Source: a virus
Lineage: Duplodnaviria > Caudoviricetes
Length of the DNA stretch: 58,225 nucleotides
IMG/VR virus record: IMGVR_UViG_3300049811_000412
Location: 1-58,225 of that record
Reading direction: 5' to 3' (one strand)
In this document: positions 28,065 to 37,442 of the stretch, one piece after another
How the letters are laid out: each line of letters starts with the position of its first letter
Numbering within the stretch: the first letter of the stretch is position 1
Notes under the pieces: generated by a model
Seen by the model: the letters and a program-made list of their open reading frames with translations, nothing else
What the model was told of the DNA's origin: nothing
Databases searched by the model: none
Made by a program: the position numbers and the translations under genes

Positions 28065-28790
28065 CTAGGGCGCAGGGGTCGGCTCAACGCGCCGGAATCC
28101 ACCGTCAACGGTGATAGAGGCCGAGTAGGTCTGTTTGTCGCCATTGGCCCCAGAACGGCTCATGTCCGTCACTTTGCCCACCAACCACTCAATGGGCGGC
28201 TCGCTGAAGGCGTTGGCATCGGGGTTGGATTGGATGTTGATCAGGGTCACATCCTGTTCGTTTTCCTTGGCATACAACAGAGTTCTCGCCCCAGAGTTGT
28301 AGTAGGTTTCGGCCATCGAGAACGACACCGATTGTTCCGATTCACCCCGGCTAGAGTCGGACGTACCGCCGTGGTCAAAACTGCTGAAGGTGTTGGTCGA
28401 AGTGGTGTCGGACGTGCTGTACTCCTGAGCCAGGAAAAGCGGTGTGGGGAACTCAGCAACGGCCCCAATGGGAATGTCCTCTAGGGCAATCCCGCTGAAG
28501 TTGGTTTGAGCCCCCGATGGTTCCAGGGTGGTGACTTTCACCTTGAAGGAACCCGTGGAATGGCGGAACAGCAGCTCTTGACCCACTTGCATCGGGATAG
28601 GCAGAGTAGCGCTGGTAATGGTGATGGACTGGGGTGCCGTGCCACCCGTAACCGCCGTGGTGGCAATCGTAAGGGCAACGGGCTTGGGGACGGTGATGGG
28701 AACGGTGGCGTTGGCGATCAGGGCCACATAGAGTTTCTGGTCGCGGGCTTCAGCCGCCGCCAGAGTGGAACCGAGGGGAGAGGCTGGCAT
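28065..28790 (-). CDS. Major tail tube protein
   Basis: Synteny; C-terminal GKVT..YSASITVDG pattern. Confidence 0.7.
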   Translation of the reverse strand: MPASPLGSTLAAAEARDQKLYVALIANATVPITVPKPVALTIATTAVTGGTAPQSITITSATLPIPMQVGQELLFRHSTGSFKVKVTTLEPSGAQTNFSGIALEDIPIGAVAEFPTPLFLAQEYSTSDTTSTNTFSSFDHGGTSDSSRGESEQSVSFSMAETYYNSGARTLLYAKENEQDVTLINIQSNPDANAFSEPPIEWLVGKVTDMSRSGANGDKQTYSASITVDGGFRRVEPTPAP

Positions 28791-28802
28791 GGGGATAGGC
28801 TC

Positions 28803-29225
28803 CTAGTTGGGGGATTGATAGGCGAACACAAACACCTGTGACTCAAGGTTTTGCAGGCGCACATCTCGGACTAACCGAGGCGATACGCTGCTCACTCTCA
28901 CAGGGATATTCCGCAGGGCTTTGAGAACGACTCTCTCCACACTGCGAAGGCTGGCGGTTACGTCCCACTGGTAGAGGTTCAGCGTCGCAGTTCGGATGGT
29001 GGCAAATTCACCGCCGAACAATTCCTGGTACTCCGTGGACGTATCCAAACTTAGGACAGCTTCAATGCCCGTCACCCGTGGTTGTTCGGGCCGATTATCA
29101 ACACCTTCCGTCACCCAAAATGCAGGGCTAGTGGCACCATTGCTGTAGGTGTAGGTGCCGATCACATCGGTGAGGGCCGTAGCAATGTCGGTGCGAATTT
29201 TGGTGTAGGTGAGGAAGCTAGACAC
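28803..29225 (-). CDS. Tail terminator/completion protein
   Basis: 140 aa directly upstream of tail tube. Confidence 0.55.
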   Translation of the reverse strand: MSSFLTYTKIRTDIATALTDVIGTYTYSNGATSPAFWVTEGVDNRPEQPRVTGIEAVLSLDTSTEYQELFGGEFATIRTATLNLYQWDVTASLRSVERVVLKALRNIPVRVSSVSPRLVRDVRLQNLESQVFVFAYQSPN

Positions 29226-29613
29226 GACGCCTTACCTCCGCTTCAAACTGTTTTGCCAAACCATCTAGGGCAGGGCCGATCCAATCCCGCCCCGGCATTT
29301 CAGAACCGCTTAGGGTGCGGTAGCCGTAGTAGATGTAGGCGGCATACTGGGCATCCCACACAAACCGGAACATTGTTGGCCCCAACCGCTCTGTGCGCTG
29401 GCTGCGCTTGAACTCACCCGTATCGACAATGTTGCGAGGGCTGCTGACAACGCTGCCATTCTGGCGCTGGGTGGTGTTGGGCCAGTCGTAGATTTTGGCT
29501 TCAATCAGCTCTTGAAAAGCATTGGCCAAATCTGCCACCACGGCCTCAAGACTGGCGATCAGAATTTGCTCAATCGCCTTGCGGGTTGCCTGTGGGTTAA
29601 CGATAGTTGCCAT
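29218..29613 (-). CDS. Neck protein (HK97 gp10-like)
   Basis: VDTGEFKRS, YAAYIYYG, PGRDW motifs. Confidence 0.75.
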   Translation of the reverse strand: MATIVNPQATRKAIEQILIASLEAVVADLANAFQELIEAKIYDWPNTTQRQNGSVVSSPRNIVDTGEFKRSQRTERLGPTMFRFVWDAQYAAYIYYGYRTLSGSEMPGRDWIGPALDGLAKQFEAEVRRRV

Positions 29614-29703
29614 GGATTAATCATGGCGGTGGCCACATCTTTCAATGGGCAACTTCCACGATTAGGGGGATAATTGAAACGATGTCTCCCCCAATGGCGG
29701 CGC

Positions 29704-30021
29704 ATGGTTCACGACTTTCGCGGCAAGTTTGCCAAGCCCGTCTGGGAACATCTCAAAGAATTACAAAACCTGTGGGGTTATCGTTACCCAGGGCAAACCC
29801 TAGAACACCTCATTGTTGAGGCCCATCAAAAGTATTTGGCCCCCAGCAGTTGGGACAGCGACGTTCACCGGGCCGTGGCCGTGCTGCGCCGCCTGAAGCC
29901 CACCATGCTACTCACCCCTGCCGACATTGTAGAGGTGAGGGTATCGGCCACCGCCGTCAAAATTCAGGTGAGGCTAGAGGCCGATCTGTTTGTGGTGTCG
30001 CGGAAGGAATGGGATGCGTGA
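29704..30021 (+). CDS. Hypothetical protein, counter-oriented insert
   Basis: Stop overlaps next ATG (TGATG). Confidence 0.55.
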   Translation: MVHDFRGKFAKPVWEHLKELQNLWGYRYPGQTLEHLIVEAHQKYLAPSSWDSDVHRAVAVLRRLKPTMLLTPADIVEVRVSATAVKIQVRLEADLFVVSRKEWDA

Positions 30022-30620
30022 TGACAAATGCACTGGCTAATTCATTTTCAGTCACAAGCGTTTGGGGTGAACAAGTCTCAAAGCTGGCAACAGCGGATGA
30101 TGGTGATTATCGTCTTTTGATCTTGGCCTATATGGCAAAGGTCTATCGCCAATGGTTGCCGGGGCTAAAGATGCCTCGTTTAACAAAAGCCAGAAATGCG
30201 AAACTCAAAGCAGCGGCTCTGGTAGCCCACGAGTTTCTAGCCCTGCTCGATCTGATCCAGCAGGTTTGCCCCCATCACCTCCGAGGGCGGCACCAAGCAG
30301 AATGGCTGGGCGATGCCTTGATGGAGTGGGAAATCCTCGGAAACATGTACTGGCCTGACTTGCCTGATACCTTTAGCTACTTTGAGGCATTGCAAAATAT
30401 GGCCAGAGAAAATCACAGCTTAACAAGCCTCTCTCAAAATCCTTTTGCCAAGCCCACGTCCAAAATGGTCTTTGATGTAGCACTAGCAGCCGTAGCAACT
30501 GGCAGACGAGATTGTTTCACCTCTCAACTTCAATCTTTTGTGAAAGCTCGCCAATCGCTTATCAAATCTTTATCTGACAAGCCTATCCCCAGACTAACTT
30601 CCGCACGTTGCGAAACCTAA
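30021..30620 (+). CDS. Hypothetical protein, counter-oriented insert
   Basis: 199 aa, visibly lower GC than flanks. Confidence 0.65.
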   Translation: MTNALANSFSVTSVWGEQVSKLATADDGDYRLLILAYMAKVYRQWLPGLKMPRLTKARNAKLKAAALVAHEFLALLDLIQQVCPHHLRGRHQAEWLGDALMEWEILGNMYWPDLPDTFSYFEALQNMARENHSLTSLSQNPFAKPTSKMVFDVALAAVATGRRDCFTSQLQSFVKARQSLIKSLSDKPIPRLTSARCET

Positions 30621-31015
30621 CCCACCGACAACAACCCCAATACACTCTGCCCCACACTGGCCAATAGCCCCGCCCCCACAACATGGGGATTAGGCTCTGG
30701 CACCATCAACGCAATGCGGGCAGGACGGCCCCCGTAGGTCAACGTTGCCTCAGTCAGCGCCGCCCGTGGTAGCCCAGCCGGAAACGCACCATCGGCAGTA
30801 GCGGCCCTGACCTTCACCGGAATGCCCACGGCTTTGGTGCCCAGACTGGCTTGCACCTGGGCCAAGCTGGCAGGCGATAGCGGCGTGATAATTGCCTCCA
30901 TCGTCACCAGGGCGCTACCAGGGATGACATTGCCGAGGGGGTCGGTGGTTGTGCCCCCGCTGGCCACGGTAAAGGTGAGGGTCACAGGGGCGGCGTTGAG
31001 CGGGTTCAGCACCAT
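30617..31015 (-). CDS. Head closure or head-tail joining protein
   Basis: TTDPLGN motif, size, synteny. Confidence 0.55.
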   Translation of the reverse strand: MVLNPLNAAPVTLTFTVASGGTTTDPLGNVIPGSALVTMEAIITPLSPASLAQVQASLGTKAVGIPVKVRAATADGAFPAGLPRAALTEATLTYGGRPARIALMVPEPNPHVVGAGLLASVGQSVLGLLSVG

Positions 31016-31087
31016 GGTGTTCGGCGGGTAAGGATACCCCAAGCCTAGCAGGTTAGTCCTGTGCCAGTAGCCTAGGCCACTTTGTTA

Positions 31088-31127
31088 CTTTAATCTGTTG
31101 ACAGTTGCTTTAATCTGTTGGTATATT
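31088..31127 (+). promoter_or_regulatory. Sigma70-type promoter overlapped by 13-bp direct repeats
   Basis: TTGACA 31098, TG-G-TATATT 31119-31127; CTTTAATCTGTTG at 31088 and 31108. Confidence 0.7.
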
Positions 31128-31154
31128 GGGTACATACCAACAGAGGACAGACAC

Positions 31155-31349
31155 ATGACCACCGACCTAGCCCAAATGTTTGAACTGCCCGCCGACTACA
31201 CCGCTCCCAAATCCTGTATTGACTGCCAGAACTGGGGCGCGTGTCTGTTTGACCAAAACACTGACCCCAAGGTTGCCGCATTCACCGCCGACCCTGCCAA
31301 CCACGGCGATGCCGATATGAGCCGTTGCCCTGGGTTCACCCAAGCCTAA
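31155..31349 (+). CDS. Small Cys-rich protein
   Basis: GAGGA RBS; CIDC..C..C. Confidence 0.6.
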   Translation: MTTDLAQMFELPADYTAPKSCIDCQNWGACLFDQNTDPKVAAFTADPANHGDADMSRCPGFTQA

Positions 31350-31457
31350 CTCCCCCCCGTTCCTTTACCGCCCTGGCAACCGCTGGGGCTTTTGCCATGT
31401 CTACCCCACCCTGCCCCCACTGTGGGGCGATACCCAACGTTCACTGAGACTTTTGCC

Positions 31458-31604
31458 ATGCACCCACTTTATGAAATTCGCAAATACGAGCCAGAGGTTA
31501 AGGACGGGCTGTTCCCCCGCCCTGAGCGATGGCGATACATGAATTGCTATCAGTTCAGTCCTGACGACAGGCGCGGCAAACCCCTGACAATTCAAAAAGG
31601 GTAA
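31458..31604 (+). CDS. Small hypothetical protein
   Basis: ORF ending 4 nt before next ATG. Confidence 0.4.
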   Translation: MHPLYEIRKYEPEVKDGLFPRPERWRYMNCYQFSPDDRRGKPLTIQKG

Positions 31605-31608
31605 AGCC

Positions 31609-31938
31609 ATGATCGCTGATGTTGCCAGCGACAGCATGGTTCCGGCTGAAATAATCGGCCTCATTGACAAGGATCGCGAAATGGAGGCAGATCGGTTTGA
31701 ACTTATTACAGATGGGCCGTTGAACCTTGCTATTCCGTATTGCCCCCACTGTGACAGCGGCGATGTCCAACGCTACGGCACCACCACTGCCGGAAGCGTT
31801 CGCTATCGCTGCAAATCTTGCAAGCACACATTTACTCCCAATGCAGCTAAACGCGGAAGGCCCATGATTGGAGATCGCCCTCTAACTCCGACTGAAAAAA
31901 TGCAGCGGCAACGAGCCAAAAAGAAACCCGCTGGTTAG
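31609..31938 (+). CDS. InsA-like zinc-ribbon DNA-binding protein
   Basis: CPHC..G..RYRCKSCKHTF then RGRP..LT-x-x-EK-x-x-R-x-R. Confidence 0.7.
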   Translation: MIADVASDSMVPAEIIGLIDKDREMEADRFELITDGPLNLAIPYCPHCDSGDVQRYGTTTAGSVRYRCKSCKHTFTPNAAKRGRPMIGDRPLTPTEKMQRQRAKKKPAG

Positions 31939-31981
31939 GCGGGCTGTGGGCAGTTAGGAGATTACGCTTCACCGTTTTATT

Positions 31982-32347
31982 CTAGCCAGCGCCCCAACTT
32001 TCAACCGCATCAGGGTCTACCTTGAAGCGCCCAATCAGCAACTCAGGGCAACGCTCCCATACATCGGCTAGGGATTCATAGCCCCCCTCTGGGCGTCGCT
32101 CGATGATGATCCTGGCGGCGGCTTGACCCACCGTTGGGATAATGGCCATGTCGCGGGCTACGTCAGTGCCATTGATGAGCGCAAGGGCATTGGTGATGTG
32201 GTCGGGCTTGGTGGGTAGGGTGTCGTCATCGTCCGTCCCCGGAGATGGCCCAGGCGGGGTTTCAGACCAGCCTAGGGCGATCCAGTTGGTGGCGTCGATG
32301 TCATGGAGTAAAGGGGAGATTTTACCTCCCCTGTAAAGGTGTTTCAT
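31982..32347 (-). CDS. Helix-hairpin-helix protein
   Basis: IPTVGQAAARIIIERRPEGGYESL, ComEA-like HhH. Confidence 0.65.
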   Translation of the reverse strand: MKHLYRGGKISPLLHDIDATNWIALGWSETPPGPSPGTDDDDTLPTKPDHITNALALINGTDVARDMAIIPTVGQAAARIIIERRPEGGYESLADVWERCPELLIGRFKVDPDAVESWGAG

Positions 32348-32361
32348 GGGGGTTCCTGGGG

Positions 32362-32778
32362 CTAGGCAGGCACGATGTAAGCGCCATAGGTCAGGTTGCC
32401 AATGGTGCCGCCCTTGGTCGCTGTCACGCGAATGAAGGCAGCATCAGCGTCCTTGTAGGTGGCCAGTAGGCCAGAGATCGGCAACTCAATCTGGGACTTA
32501 GCGGCGGTCAATTCCCCGGTGCTAACGATGGGGGTGTAGGTGCCGCCCACCACATCAGAAACCTCAACGGTGATTGTCCAGAAGTTGGTGCCAGCCGTCA
32601 GGGTGCCCGTGATGGCGGCGTGGTCAATGATGACCTTGGCCAGATCGAAATCACGAACGGCAAATTCAACCCCGGTAGATGAACCCGTGGCAGATAGGGC
32701 AGCAGCCCCATAGTCTCGCAGTTCTAGGGCTTTATCAAAGGGATAGGCCCGACGGTCGGCCATATTAGGCAGTGGCAT
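32362..32778 (-). CDS. Capsid decoration or cement protein
   Basis: Beta-sandwich-like, immediately after capsid gene. Confidence 0.6.
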   Translation of the reverse strand: MPLPNMADRRAYPFDKALELRDYGAAALSATGSSTGVEFAVRDFDLAKVIIDHAAITGTLTAGTNFWTITVEVSDVVGGTYTPIVSTGELTAAKSQIELPISGLLATYKDADAAFIRVTATKGGTIGNLTYGAYIVPA

Positions 32779-32823
32779 AATGTTGCTCTCAATGAAGGGT
32801 TAGTCGGTCGTCAGCAGGGAGGG

Positions 32824-33774
32824 TTAGGCGGCGGCGGCACCGTCCTGAATGCCATAGAGGCGGGCTACGGAGCGACCGTTGAGAATGGCCATACCGCAAT
32901 CCCAATGCACACGGGTGAGGTAGTTAGGGCTTTCCTGAATGCGGCCAAAGTCTTCAGCGTAGATGCCGTTGACGCCGTTGGATGGCCCCTGAATGCCCGT
33001 GGTCAGCAAGTCGCCAAAGCGGCAAATGTAGACCGATGTGCAATCGGTAGCCGTGGTGCCATCGGGACTAGTTTCGGTGAAGGGTAGAATGGGGTTGCCT
33101 TGCTCATCATCCTCAATGGTGATGATTTCGCAGCCTCGGTAGCTCATGATCTCTTCGCCGAGTTCATTCACCTGGTAGCGAAGCATCCCAGCCCCACTAG
33201 CCCGGAAGAATTGCTCTAGCCGCCGTTTCACGGTGTCGTTGCAGAACATGAACTTGCGGCCCGTGCCAGCCTTCACCTGGTCAATGGCGGTATCCAGGGA
33301 ATTGATGCTCAGAACGTTCCCGGTGCCATCGGCCCCATTCACAATCAACTGGTTGCCCGTAATGCGCCGCTGTAGTCCGTCGAATTCTTCAGGGGATAGG
33401 GAAGCATCGCCCTTGAAAAATGCCTTCTCAAACCGTAGGCGGGCCGCTTCAAGCTTCAGTTGGACATGGCTTTGTCGAGCGGCTTGACCATGGCGATCTA
33501 CCAGGGCTACATCGACTTTCATATCGCCGCCAAACAACTTGAGGGCTTCCGACTGGGGATTCATCACACCCGCGTCATCGTCAAAGCTTTGGTTGATGCC
33601 ACGAAAGCCAATGCCAGGAAGTTTGGCCGTGGTGTTGTAAAACAGACCGCCCCCGGTCACATCGCGGAAGGGGAGAACTTGCAGCAGACGGCTCTGCAAA
33701 AATTCGTTGATAACGAAAACCTGAGTTGGGTTGGTGCTGAGTTTTTTGTACTCCAGCAACGTCATCGTAGCCAT
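32824..33774 (-). CDS. Major capsid protein
   Basis: LLQVLPF, FRGIN, FFKGD..EFDGL, RLYGI; follows scaffold. Confidence 0.88.
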   Translation of the reverse strand: MATMTLLEYKKLSTNPTQVFVINEFLQSRLLQVLPFRDVTGGGLFYNTTAKLPGIGFRGINQSFDDDAGVMNPQSEALKLFGGDMKVDVALVDRHGQAARQSHVQLKLEAARLRFEKAFFKGDASLSPEEFDGLQRRITGNQLIVNGADGTGNVLSINSLDTAIDQVKAGTGRKFMFCNDTVKRRLEQFFRASGAGMLRYQVNELGEEIMSYRGCEIITIEDDEQGNPILPFTETSPDGTTATDCTSVYICRFGDLLTTGIQGPSNGVNGIYAEDFGRIQESPNYLTRVHWDCGMAILNGRSVARLYGIQDGAAAA

Positions 33775-33805
33775 AGGGCAACCTCAAAAAGAGTAAGTGA
33801 ACGGT

Positions 33806-33886
33806 GGCATCTCGCCTGGTTACGGTTTCCCGGTCGGCATCTCGCCTTGGTTCGCATCTCGCGTAAGGGTTGCCCTAGCATCGCGC
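33806..33886 (-). repeat. Four GCG(A/C)GATGC mini-hairpins in capsid leader
   Basis: GGCATCTCGCC 33806 and 33836, GCATCTCGC 33854, GCATCGCGC 33878. Confidence 0.75.
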
Positions 33887-33914
33887 CTTTATGGGCAGGT
33901 AGTTCAATCGTAGC

Positions 33915-34724
33915 CTATCCGCCAAAAATCAACGAACCCAACTGAGATTGACTGAGGCTAGCCAAGTCTTTAGGCAAGGGGGCTGCGTTGCCATTAGGCA
34001 GGCCCGCCCCCATCGCTTTGTTGTAAGGGCTGAAACTGAGTTTCAAAAAATCGCTGTTGGGGATGTCATAGTCTTTGTCTAGCTTCCCAGCGATCAACAG
34101 CTTCATAAATTCACGGGGGGCCGCAGGGCGCACATTGCCGTCATCGTCCTTGGTCGTCACCAATCGCCCCCGCGCGTCCTTCACCTGAAGCTCGCCGGAC
34201 TCCGTGCGGTGGAACAATCCTTGGGAAAGCGTGACAAAGCCATCGAATTTAGTGCCGTCACCATCGGCGGCGTTGAACTCTTTGAACAGTTCAAACGTGA
34301 GGGCCACCTGCTGTTGCTTAGTGCTAAGGTCAGTGTTTTGTTTTCGCAATTCTTCAAGCTGCTGTTGATACTCAGACTTAACGCTATTCTTAGCCTCAAT
34401 CACCAGCTTATCCATCTGTTCCTGCTGCTGCTTAAAGCGCAGGTCAGCTTCTCGCAATTCTTGCAGTTTTTCGGGATTGGTGTCGCCCAGGATGGCCTCT
34501 ACTTTCTTGTATTGCCGTTCAATGTTTCTGGAGTTTTCCAGCGCTTTGTTTTTGTTCTGAAGCTCGGCCTGAAGTGCTGCAAGTTGTGCCATCAATTCCT
34601 CAGAGCTAGGACTTGAACCGCCTTGCGGCTCCCCGCTGCCATCCCCCATCGGGTCAACATCGATATAACAAACACCGTCCCAAAAACCATCGGCTAAGAA
34701 TCGAGATGTCAAACTTTTGTACAT
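33915..34724 (-). CDS. Capsid scaffolding protein
   Basis: Coiled coil plus GAG C-terminal tail upstream of capsid gene. Confidence 0.75.
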   Translation of the reverse strand: MYKSLTSRFLADGFWDGVCYIDVDPMGDGSGEPQGGSSPSSEELMAQLAALQAELQNKNKALENSRNIERQYKKVEAILGDTNPEKLQELREADLRFKQQQEQMDKLVIEAKNSVKSEYQQQLEELRKQNTDLSTKQQQVALTFELFKEFNAADGDGTKFDGFVTLSQGLFHRTESGELQVKDARGRLVTTKDDDGNVRPAAPREFMKLLIAGKLDKDYDIPNSDFLKLSFSPYNKAMGAGLPNGNAAPLPKDLASLSQSQLGSLIFGG

Positions 34725-34752
34725 AATTTGCCGCCATGAAACTACTTCAATT

Positions 34753-35550
34753 CTAGCCGCCCTTTGGCCAGGTGCTTTGCCATCGGGTTTCTACTTCAGA
34801 CTGAAATGCAGCCGCCCGTTCTACACGGTTTGCCAGTGTGCCCCCGGTCATTTCCTCCAAGGCCCGCTGGGGGTTGAAGCGGGTTTCTACTCGGCATTGG
34901 CAGAAACTTTGGCAGAGGCACAACGTCGCCACCGGAACAATCTCAGTGAGGGGCACCCAGTCTAGTCGTTCATAGTCTGGACAATTTGGGCAAGGGTGAA
35001 CACTGCCCAGCATTCGCCGCCCTTCATTGGCTACCCCAGAGGCAATCAAAACGGCGTGTTTGGTGCGCTCATAACTGCCACGCATGGCATTAGAACGACG
35101 CTGCAAAATAGCCAGAATTTGGCCTGGGGTTTTGCGAGCCAGGGCAATTTGTTCGGCGTTATATTGCACCGCTCGAAGGTCAGCGATCAACGACGCCTTG
35201 GTGAACTGGAGGATGCCCCTAGGGTTAAACTGCGACCGAAGGCCAGCCACACCACCGACGCCGATCAATAGCCCCAGCAAAACCGCTGTCACCACAGAGC
35301 CGGAAATCGCCTGTTCCCAATCGGCAATGGCCGCGCCACCGTCTAGTATGGCCTGGGTTGGATGTAGCATTTCCTCGTACAGGGCTAACTGATAGGCCAC
35401 GGCAAAATCGTCCACCGCTGCACCATCGGGTAAAGCGTTCTCAATCTCAACTCGTGACAATGCCGCCAGGGTGATAGCTGTCATGGCGGCGTAGTCGTCT
35501 TCCGACATTCGGGACTGTTGAGATTCAGTCGGGGTAAACGGTTCGATCAC
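34753..35550 (-). CDS. Minor head morphogenesis protein (Mu gpF-like)
   Basis: HPCPNC..CLCQSFCQC motif; synteny. Confidence 0.65.
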   Translation of the reverse strand: MIEPFTPTESQQSRMSEDDYAAMTAITLAALSRVEIENALPDGAAVDDFAVAYQLALYEEMLHPTQAILDGGAAIADWEQAISGSVVTAVLLGLLIGVGGVAGLRSQFNPRGILQFTKASLIADLRAVQYNAEQIALARKTPGQILAILQRRSNAMRGSYERTKHAVLIASGVANEGRRMLGSVHPCPNCPDYERLDWVPLTEIVPVATLCLCQSFCQCRVETRFNPQRALEEMTGGTLANRVERAAAFQSEVETRWQSTWPKGG

Positions 35551-35939
35551 AGCGTTTGAATTACCCGCCCTGTAAGGATGAACGGTTGTAGCTGGTCATG
35601 CTCATCCAGGTATTTGAGGATGGTGTTGATATAGCCCCGACGTTGCCCTTGGGTCGCGGCGCTGAATGCCCCCGGTGAGTGGGTTGAGATTCGCACCTCA
35701 TTGTCAATGTCGATCACGTTGTAGCCGTCCTGCTGCTGTAGCGCGGGCAATGCGGCTGTAGCGTCCTCCCATGCCCCCAGGGCGTCCAGAACTCCCGTGA
35801 CTAAGGTTGCCCCGTGGGCGGCATCAAAGGCCGCTAGGTCGGCCATCAAGGTCGCCAGAATCGAGCCGTCTTTCAACTGGTCTTTGGTGAGGTTTAGGCA
35901 CGTCACCAACCGCTGTCTATCGCCCGTAGCAAAGGCCAT
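35547..35939 (-). CDS. Putative head-tail adaptor
   Basis: Helical 130 aa after portal. Confidence 0.45.
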   Translation of the reverse strand: MAFATGDRQRLVTCLNLTKDQLKDGSILATLMADLAAFDAAHGATLVTGVLDALGAWEDATAALPALQQQDGYNVIDIDNEVRISTHSPGAFSAATQGQRRGYINTILKYLDEHDQLQPFILTGRVIQTL

Positions 35940-37414
35940 TAGATGATTACCTCATTGGGGTCGGTGGGTAAGGTTTGGGGCAGCGCAGGCGGTGCCAATT
36001 CGGGGGCCGCTGGCATAAATTCGGCCTGCTCAAAATCTTCTTTGGTGAACAGCCCTTTGCGAACCATGGCCGCGATGACGGCATTCTTAGGCAAACCCCG
36101 ATCTATCGCCTGCATGAAGGGGATAATATCTGCCGGATTGGGCGGTGCATCTAGGGCCGTATCATCAATGATGATGCTGCCAATGTCGTCCGAGGGCGTT
36201 GGATTGGCTAGGTATTCCCAGATGGTGAACAGGTCTTGGTAGGCGCTTTCAACCAGGGCTTTGATTAGGGGTAAACCAATTTTGGCTTTCTGGTTTTCGA
36301 TGTCGGCCTCCGTGGCCGTCATTGACCTACCGCTGTGGAATAGTTTGTTGTCACGCTCCTTAATTTTTCGCTCGGTATCCTCCACGCCCGTCCGCAATTC
36401 GGGCATAGATTGACCTTTTAGTTCTAAATATTCAACCCGTGAACCTTCGTTGTAGTCCTGGGTTTTGCCACTGCCTGCGTAGAACGGCGGCGGCGATTCG
36501 GGCACCCCTGGCGACCAGTAGCGAATCACCGTAGGGCAAGCGGTCTTGCGGCGAATGGTGCTGAGTTCGGAAGACTGGTTATAGTGCTTGATATTAAGGC
36601 TAAGGATGTCAGCAAAGGGCGACATAATCAGTCGCTCGGCGTCCATGTTCAGGTCGCCCAAAAAGCAAAATTTATCACTGAAGGGAAGTCGAGATAGGGG
36701 CTGGTTCGCCGCGTCAATGAGGGGCTGTTGTTCGCCCTGGATGAGCTTGCCTTGGTCGTCTTCCTGCCAAAGGGTAAGCCAGCATCGCCGCTGTTCGTCT
36801 AGCTCATAAACCCAGAACTGAGACCGCAGTTGCAGCGCCCCATCATTGCTCAGAGTGTTGATAGTTTTTCGGATGGCACACCGAGCAAAAACAGACACGC
36901 CATCAAAGCTGCGATATTCCACCCAGTACACATCCCGTAAGGGCACCCACAACAGGCGAGGGCGGCGTTCGCCTTGCACCACCGCACGGTCAATGTCGGC
37001 CCCCAGCAATGCCCCGCCATCGCGGAATAAGGCCCGCAATGGTTCAGCGCTCCACTGCCATAGATCGGCCCCTTCTAGGTTCACATTGTCCTGATGTTCC
37101 TTGAGGGATTCAGGGGCATTTTCAGCAATCTCAAACTGAGTAAAGATGCTGGCATGATCTGAAACGGCATCTTTGAAAAATGGCTCCGGGTCTTCGGCCA
37201 TGATGCGGGAACGACGATCTTCCAAAAACTCCCCTGGCACCTCGCACAGGTAAAGATTTTTGAAGTCTGGATCGTCCAGGAAGCCACACCAGTCTAGGGT
37301 CTTTTGCCAATGCTCTACCGACCGTCGCCACCAGGCAGGGCGATAGTTGGGCTGGGACGGATCGCTGTAGTTATCTGAGGCCCGTCGCGTGTTGACAAAA
37401 GAAGAATTTTGCAT
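35939..37414 (-). CDS. Portal protein (DUF4055-like)
   Basis: Follows terminase; LNIKHYNQSS and TATEA motifs. Confidence 0.82.
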   Translation of the reverse strand: MQNSSFVNTRRASDNYSDPSQPNYRPAWWRRSVEHWQKTLDWCGFLDDPDFKNLYLCEVPGEFLEDRRSRIMAEDPEPFFKDAVSDHASIFTQFEIAENAPESLKEHQDNVNLEGADLWQWSAEPLRALFRDGGALLGADIDRAVVQGERRPRLLWVPLRDVYWVEYRSFDGVSVFARCAIRKTINTLSNDGALQLRSQFWVYELDEQRRCWLTLWQEDDQGKLIQGEQQPLIDAANQPLSRLPFSDKFCFLGDLNMDAERLIMSPFADILSLNIKHYNQSSELSTIRRKTACPTVIRYWSPGVPESPPPFYAGSGKTQDYNEGSRVEYLELKGQSMPELRTGVEDTERKIKERDNKLFHSGRSMTATEADIENQKAKIGLPLIKALVESAYQDLFTIWEYLANPTPSDDIGSIIIDDTALDAPPNPADIIPFMQAIDRGLPKNAVIAAMVRKGLFTKEDFEQAEFMPAAPELAPPALPQTLPTDPNEVII

Positions 37415-37442
37415 AGGTCAAATATAACAGTTAGCCCACGAA

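Noticed and set aside
31609-31938. IS1 element
   Set aside because: Only the zinc ribbon; no DDE domain or terminal inverted repeats
33806-33886. Mini CRISPR array
   Set aside because: Repeats only 9-11 nt, irregular short spacers, no cas genes
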